Source: Euryarchaeota archaeon UBA171 (lineage in GTDB: Archaea > Thermoplasmatota > Poseidoniia > Poseidoniales > Thalassarchaeaceae). From it: DNA of 64,000 nucleotides. Below the pieces are notes generated by a model that did no database searches, was not told the DNA's origin, and saw only the letters and a program-made list of their open reading frames with translations. The first letter of the stretch is position 1. Every line of letters begins with the position of its first letter. Below are positions 58,539 to 64,000 of the stretch, piece by piece. The stretch is from assembly GCA_002497295.1 (NCBI GenBank), contig DANO01000029.1, positions 4,978 through 68,977 on the forward strand. The letters run 5' to 3'. The translations under genes were made by a program, and so were the position numbers.

Positions 58539-60251
58539 TCAGACGAGTCTTCTGAGAGATTCCATGGCCTCATCTGCAGATCCCATGCTATTTCTAGAGG
58601 CTTGAAACGAATCCTTCTCGAAATTCTCTCTTGCTAAGGTCATATGCTTCTCTGCGAGCCTTCTCGTAGAATCATCGGGCCCAACTCCAGAGGATTCGAG
58701 TTTCTTCCTCAGTAACTTCCATTCGCCCTCCAAGAAGTCAAGAAGTTCTCCGGTATCCCTTCGAGTGGCATCAACAGAATCCAGATCATTGATAATTGAC
58801 TTGAGTTCTTCATCCGCCTGTATCCATTGTCCTTCTTTTGAAAGTAAAATGGCGCTTCCTAGTCGCTTCTCGAATATTGTCTTCTCCGCGAGGGGGAATC
58901 TGCTCTGTATCATCCCCTTCTGACGTACTGACTGCTTGAATGATCGTCTCGAATCGCTTCGGTTATGCAATCTTCTGGCGATTGATTCTAAACCTCCCAT
59001 CGCAAGAGATAGTTCCCCATCTTCGATTGATTTGTCTATTGATGAGAGTTGTGATTCAACTTCTTCGGATATATCTGGATGTTCTGATACAAGGAGTGAG
59101 CTGACCTCGGATCTTCTTGCTCTCACTCTGTCTAATGCTTCGCTAAGAGACTGAAGTTGACCTGGAAGAGCCTCGAGGAAATGAAGGGCCTCGTCTGGCC
59201 TCTGTCTTTCCATTGCCTTTCGAGCTGATTCGACCATTCCAGCAATTGTATCTGATTCAATTATATTCTGCTTCTCGAGTTTTTTCTCGGCTTCTGATAA
59301 TGCCTCTCTTGCCGGTTCCCAAAATAGACATATTCGATTTGCTACTTTCTTGGCCTCTCTGTATATTGTCTCAGCCTCGCGAGGAGAGCCGAGAGCGCGT
59401 TCGCTGTCTGCTTTCTCCACCAGAGAGATTGAATCAGTAGCTTCTGGAGCAATTGACTCTGCCTGATTGACTAGCAGCATTACTGATTCGCGTATCTCAG
59501 ACAGGTCTAGGTCTATGGAAAGGGCTAATTCAATCTCATGTTCCACTGATTTCAACCTAGAATGGCCTCGGCTTGTATTTGACCAGCCTTCCTCTCGAGC
59601 CAACTTCAATAGCGAGGAAGCATGATCAAGTCGAATTCCGGCCTCATTGATTTCCAAGATTCTAATCTCTACGGAGTCTATTCTGTTAAACAAATCACGT
59701 CTGCCTTGGAGTGATGGGTCAGGGCGAAGTGTGTCGAACATCAGAAGCGCTGCTATTACTAAAGTGGAAATAGCTGCAATCATGATCTCTGACGCTTGAG
59801 AAATCATTATTGCAACCGCTGTTGCCAGTCCTATCATACCGAGCAGCGCTCTGAATCTTCGGGCAATTGAAGAAGAAGAGAATGCACTTCGACTATACTC
59901 GTGCAACACGATAGCAAGAAGGATCAAGATCGCCGCAGATGCGAGACTCCTGATATCTGGTTCTGAACTGGCAGCAAGGCCTATCAGAATAGGCCATGAA
60001 ATCGAAGATATCGAGGCAAGTCGTGTTCGCTTTCGACCATCATATGATGAAAGATCGGAGATAATGAATGCCATCGAGAAGATGACTGCTATCTCAATCA
60101 GATGGAATCCGATTGGTTCTTCTGATTTGAGAGACTGACTTAGGCGGAACGCACCGATTGCAACAATTACGAGAGATGTGAATCCGATTAATCGGCCTAC
60201 ATTCCTTCTCTGACGAGCCACGCCTCTATCGGCATAATCCAGAGGGAGCAT
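58539..60251 (-). CDS. Hypothetical protein: ~6 TM N-terminus plus long helical/coiled-coil region
   Basis: Hydrophobic segments in the first ~175 aa, then E/K/R/L-rich helices. Confidence 0.75.
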   Translation of the reverse strand: MLPLDYADRGVARQRRNVGRLIGFTSLVIVAIGAFRLSQSLKSEEPIGFHLIEIAVIFSMAFIISDLSSYDGRKRTRLASISSISWPILIGLAASSEPDIRSLASAAILILLAIVLHEYSRSAFSSSSIARRFRALLGMIGLATAVAIMISQASEIMIAAISTLVIAALLMFDTLRPDPSLQGRRDLFNRIDSVEIRILEINEAGIRLDHASSLLKLAREEGWSNTSRGHSRLKSVEHEIELALSIDLDLSEIRESVMLLVNQAESIAPEATDSISLVEKADSERALGSPREAETIYREAKKVANRICLFWEPAREALSEAEKKLEKQNIIESDTIAGMVESARKAMERQRPDEALHFLEALPGQLQSLSEALDRVRARRSEVSSLLVSEHPDISEEVESQLSSIDKSIEDGELSLAMGGLESIARRLHNRSDSRRSFKQSVRQKGMIQSRFPLAEKTIFEKRLGSAILLSKEGQWIQADEELKSIINDLDSVDATRRDTGELLDFLEGEWKLLRKKLESSGVGPDDSTRRLAEKHMTLARENFEKDSFQASRNSMGSADEAMESLRRLV

Positions 60252-60296
60252 GATGGCCCCTAAGCCTCCATGGACAAGAGTTGAACGGTTAGATGA

Positions 60297-62393
60297 TCAT
60301 TGATCGGACGAATCGCCCCATCTTATGATGGCAGCATAAGATAGTGCAACAATCGCCATTGATACAAACATAGGGGGAATCCAATCAGGGAGGTTGTCTC
60401 GTATAGTGATGTTTCCTGTGAGGTCTATCGTCTCCTCATCTCCTCCTGGAAGTTGGAACCAGATCAGTTTCAAGTCTAGTTCTCCGACTGAATCAGGAGT
60501 GATTGCCAGAGATATTCGAGACACTGCGGCGCCAGTGGAAGTAGCAGGTACTATAATTCCCTCTGGGGAGCATATGGCTCCACTACACAACCGTGCCGAT
60601 CCGCTCCCAGACCCCTCGTTGTTTATCGAGGCCGTGATCACAAGCGGATTGTTCAATCCGATGTCCCCAGATACCTCGATGGTTGGAGAGGTGGAGAATA
60701 TCACTCCTTCAGCGGGTTCTATCTCAATAGGCACTTCCAGAACTGATTCATGGCCTGACGGATCCCATGAAAGGATACGGATTACATGGTTACCCGGATG
60801 TGCCTCTCCAAGAGATATTGGGTCGCTAATGTCTGAATATGGGGTCATTTCATGCACATAGTTGCCATCGAAAACGATTGTCCACGCGGTAGTGTCTATA
60901 GCATCGATCCTGTCATATGAGCCGCTTATGTTCAATTGGATCTCTTGTCCTGCGATCAGCCTGGTGGAAGATTCCACCGATACGCCTGACAGCATTATCT
61001 CGGGAACTATCACTGGGCCCTCATCATCCAGGACGACGATCGTCCAGTTTCCAACGACATTGTTCCCGACTGAATCTTGGACATCGATTGAGAAAAACCA
61101 CTTCGTCGGCTCTCTCTGGGAATGACGGTCGCCCGGATCCCTATGTGGCCCATTAGTGGACTGGCCGTGATAGAATGCTTCCGTTATCTCTAGGGTATCA
61201 GTACCTGTTCGCGTGAAGCCTCCACTTCTATTTGATTCGAGATAGATTCTGACTGGATCGCCTTCCTGGTCGTGTGCCTCGATAACTGATCTGAGAACTG
61301 TGCCAGAAGGCAGGGGTATAGTGTTGGATTCAGGCTGTATATCATTCCACAGCCCGGTGCCTACGGAAGCTTGGAATGAGATGCTGAAAGTCGGGGGTGC
61401 GGAGTCGACAGTGACGGTTTGCGTCCATGAAGAATTGGCTCCATGGGCATCTGTACACATCATCGAAAAGAAGATCTGCTCCCCATGTTCTAATTCCATC
61501 GAAGATGTTTGGATTTCCAGAATATTACCGATATATTCGATTTTCTCGAAGGGGCCATCTACAACCCACTCCGGGACCGGATTGGCTAAACTGTTGTCCT
61601 CGCACAGACCGGCTAGATTAATATCGGAATGAGGGGATATCGTTGTCGATCCACCCCCCTGTCTAACGGCAGAAGCCGAAGGCTGGACATTCGTATCGAG
61701 AGATATCCGTATATCAGATGCAACTGGTGAGGATGATCTGTCGACTGTGAATCCACTTGGACTTGGGGTCATTATACTAGATTGTGCACTGAACCTATAC
61801 TCCCAGGAATGCGGCAAAATAATCTTCATCGGAACTGCCTCTACGAGTGACCCTGTTCTGGGTAAATCGAGTAGTCTGATGGCTCTACCATCAGCGACTC
61901 CGAGTATATCGGCGGTCTCGTTCCACCCCCATGTATGTGATATTTCGAGGGGTCCGACGGGTATACTGGACAAATTGAATGATATGGGGCCGTCAAGAAT
62001 GAATGGTTGGAGATCAAATGAACAACAACCGGCTACTTCGGCATCCCCCCATGTCCGACTTTGCTCAAGTTGTATCGAGAATGCATGAGATTCTGATTGA
62101 GAAATGTTGCCGTCTGCATCTCCAATGTGAGTGTCAATTTGATATCTGACGCCCAAATGAGAGTCGGGGAGGAAGTCAGCTCCGATTCTGCTCGGCGCTG
62201 AAATGGAAAGTTGCCATGTAGCTGGTATTCCATGGCTCTGGTCTATCGAGTGTATCGCCAGGGTAGAGTTGCCTTGTATTTCGGGGTCTTGATTCTCTTC
62301 GGAAGCCACGGTTTGACTCAAAGCCACTGAGAAAAACAGAGTTGCCAGAAGAGCAAACGAGAGAGATCTTCGAGCATTCACGACTGGTTGCAT
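60297..62393 (-). CDS. Secreted/surface protein with Ig-like repeats and C-terminal TM
   Basis: Signal peptide, Ca-loop-like DADGNISQSE, recurring D..GN / D..P beta motifs, terminal TM. Confidence 0.75.
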   Translation of the reverse strand: MQPVVNARRSLSFALLATLFFSVALSQTVASEENQDPEIQGNSTLAIHSIDQSHGIPATWQLSISAPSRIGADFLPDSHLGVRYQIDTHIGDADGNISQSESHAFSIQLEQSRTWGDAEVAGCCSFDLQPFILDGPISFNLSSIPVGPLEISHTWGWNETADILGVADGRAIRLLDLPRTGSLVEAVPMKIILPHSWEYRFSAQSSIMTPSPSGFTVDRSSSPVASDIRISLDTNVQPSASAVRQGGGSTTISPHSDINLAGLCEDNSLANPVPEWVVDGPFEKIEYIGNILEIQTSSMELEHGEQIFFSMMCTDAHGANSSWTQTVTVDSAPPTFSISFQASVGTGLWNDIQPESNTIPLPSGTVLRSVIEAHDQEGDPVRIYLESNRSGGFTRTGTDTLEITEAFYHGQSTNGPHRDPGDRHSQREPTKWFFSIDVQDSVGNNVVGNWTIVVLDDEGPVIVPEIMLSGVSVESSTRLIAGQEIQLNISGSYDRIDAIDTTAWTIVFDGNYVHEMTPYSDISDPISLGEAHPGNHVIRILSWDPSGHESVLEVPIEIEPAEGVIFSTSPTIEVSGDIGLNNPLVITASINNEGSGSGSARLCSGAICSPEGIIVPATSTGAAVSRISLAITPDSVGELDLKLIWFQLPGGDEETIDLTGNITIRDNLPDWIPPMFVSMAIVALSYAAIIRWGDSSDQ

Positions 62394-62406
62394 GAACTTC
62401 TGCGCT

Positions 62407-62664
62407 TCAATCCAACGGATTTTCGTCAGAAGACCGGACTGGTCTTAGGATCGAATAAAATGCGAATGCGGCCCATATGGCCCCTAATACAGCAAATGGC
62501 CATTCGCCAGTCACAGTCGCTCTAACCGTGAGCAGGAGTTCGCCGATTCCCATTGAAGTCAGATACGCGAAAGATCTGCTTGATATGATGGCCCGTGTTT
62601 CGAATGCAAATGCAGCAAGTACAAGCAGCATTCCGAGATACGCACCCGCCATTGTCAATTCCAT
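62407..62664 (-). CDS. Small 3-TM membrane protein
   Basis: AYLGMLLVLAAF...YLTSMGIG...WPFAVLGAIWA; start uncertain (62664 or 62652). Confidence 0.65.
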   Translation of the reverse strand: MELTMAGAYLGMLLVLAAFAFETRAIISSRSFAYLTSMGIGELLLTVRATVTGEWPFAVLGAIWAAFAFYSILRPVRSSDENPLD

Positions 62665-62756
62665 GTATCGCGTGACAGGTATGATGCACATGAACCATGG
62701 TGCGCCCCGTTGTAGAATGGGCAAAAGAAAAGATGGTTCAGGCATTACCGGTAATT

Positions 62757-64000
62757 ATGACCACATGGATTGTTGATTCTAATGCCTTCATTCATCTCGG
62801 CTCAATAGCATCAGAAGACGCAATCAAGTCGATGGGTAGTGCCTTGGCCCCGCATGGAGGAGCCATGCACGTTACCTCTGGAGTCCATGATGAGGTGAAG
62901 ACGGTCAGATTTAGATCCTGGAAAGGACGGCCTCGTGTTCTTGATGTGCTCAAGGACTTGCTCCAGACAACCTCGATCTCTCCCGATGAGGTACGTGGCC
63001 TAGCCGTGGCTATAGGGGAGAAAGCCGCCCCCCAAGACGTCGATGTCTCTCTGATGGTTCTAGCAGCACGGATGCATGGGGAGGGTCGTGATGTAGTCTT
63101 GGTATCGGACGATTACAAAATGACGACTACACGCGAAAGAGCAGGTCTCGGCTATTCGACATGCCCCCCCTCGACATTTCTTCAAAGGCTTGCAGATGGG
63201 GCCAGAGGTTCGGATGGAGGGAAGCTCAGAAGTTTGGCCCGTAGGGTCCGTGCCGCTGAGATGAGGTATGCAATAAGTAGGTCTGGGGAGTATGATATCC
63301 AGGGGAAGTTAACTTGGTTAGTCGAGAGTCTGTTAACGGCTAGGCCCCCGATTCCCCCTCCTGTGAAAGAAGATGGAGGGGGCGGAATCGAGATTTCGAT
63401 CCGTGCACTCAGGAGGCATATCGCAGGAGAGAAGGTCAAGGCTTCTGTACTGAAGCGACTGGGGGATTTGCCATCGATATGCGCTTCTGTTGGCGAGATT
63501 GACGGTCATCTCGAGTCACTTCTGGGAGAGGGGGGAGATCCAAGTGACCTCTATGTCTCTAGTTTAGGCGTTCTTCAGAGTGTACTTGAATCAACAGGCA
63601 TGGGACTTGCACCCTTGAATGACGAATTGTGCATGATTGCACACAGAGTCATGGCAGGTCCGATATCTAGGCTGGAGTCCGTCCTGGGACTTCTTGCGGG
63701 TTCCCTGGGCCGTAATGAGGCTTCGAGTTTGCATCTGGCACGCGCTCTTAGCCAAGCCAGTCTTGCTGTTGATGCGAGTGCTGAATCCAGGATAATGCAT
63801 CATCTTGGGCTCATGGCGATTGCAGCAGATGAGCCAGAAAGAGCGGCTTCACTCTTCGATGGGGCATCTGCTCAGTCTCTTAGGGGTGGAAATTCCAACC
63901 TTAGACACCTCATAGCCGCTGGGATATCTAGGCATCTTTCAGGAGATGGCGATGGCGCTGATTCCAATATATCGGAGGCTGCGAGAATAATCGATGAAGA
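62757..64000 (+). CDS. PIN-domain protein with C-terminal TPR-like helices, 3'-partial (absent from ORF track)
   Basis: Frame open from ATG 62757 to the window end; MTTWIVDSNAFIH...VHDEV...QDVDVSL...VLVSDDY gives the four PIN acidic positions; later HLARAL / HHLGLMA / AASLFD helices. Confidence 0.75.
   Translation, partial: MTTWIVDSNAFIHLGSIASEDAIKSMGSALAPHGGAMHVTSGVHDEVKTVRFRSWKGRPRVLDVLKDLLQTTSISPDEVRGLAVAIGEKAAPQDVDVSLMVLAARMHGEGRDVVLVSDDYKMTTTRERAGLGYSTCPPSTFLQRLADGARGSDGGKLRSLARRVRAAEMRYAISRSGEYDIQGKLTWLVESLLTARPPIPPPVKEDGGGGIEISIRALRRHIAGEKVKASVLKRLGDLPSICASVGEIDGHLESLLGEGGDPSDLYVSSLGVLQSVLESTGMGLAPLNDELCMIAHRVMAGPISRLESVLGLLAGSLGRNEASSLHLARALSQASLAVDASAESRIMHHLGLMAIAADEPERAASLFDGASAQSLRGGNSNLRHLIAAGISRHLSGDGDGADSNISEAARIIDE

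Noticed and set aside
1..64000. CRISPR arrays, IS elements, rRNA genes, inteins
   Set aside because: No regularly spaced direct repeats, transposase/integrase ORFs, rRNA-like tracts or intein-sized insertions noticed on manual reading.

Overview
Gene-dense archaeal chromosome segment, inferred to be from Thermoplasmatota, most likely Marine Group II / Poseidoniales. The inference rests on archaeal Orc1/Cdc6, thermosome, Bud32 and a CoaD-DPCK fusion occurring with bacterial-type ThrRS, DnaK, GlpX, class I aldolase, a photolyase and acidic surface proteins. It holds about 60 CDS, one tRNA-Gly(GCC) and a probable replication origin upstream of cdc6. I saw no CRISPR array, transposase, integrase or rRNA. 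Main signals: (1) a ~280-nt GC-rich, multi-stem non-coding element (8439-8720) closed by a terminal helix and lacking SRP, RNase P and tmRNA signature motifs, i.e. a candidate unassigned large ncRNA; (2) an apparent box-type aerobic aromatic-CoA epoxidation cluster (short BoxB di-iron enzyme, single-domain BoxC-like crotonase, beta-oxidation enzymes, SemiSWEET, aldehyde dehydrogenase) with no BoxA but a flavodoxin-less CysJ-like reductase ~12 kb away; (3) a cysteine-free Mrp/ApbC ATPase; (4) a structured leader before a small DNA-binding protein gene; (5) two genes missing from the ORF track (Arc/RHH protein; PIN + TPR-like protein). All assignments come from motif recognition by eye; no database searches were run.
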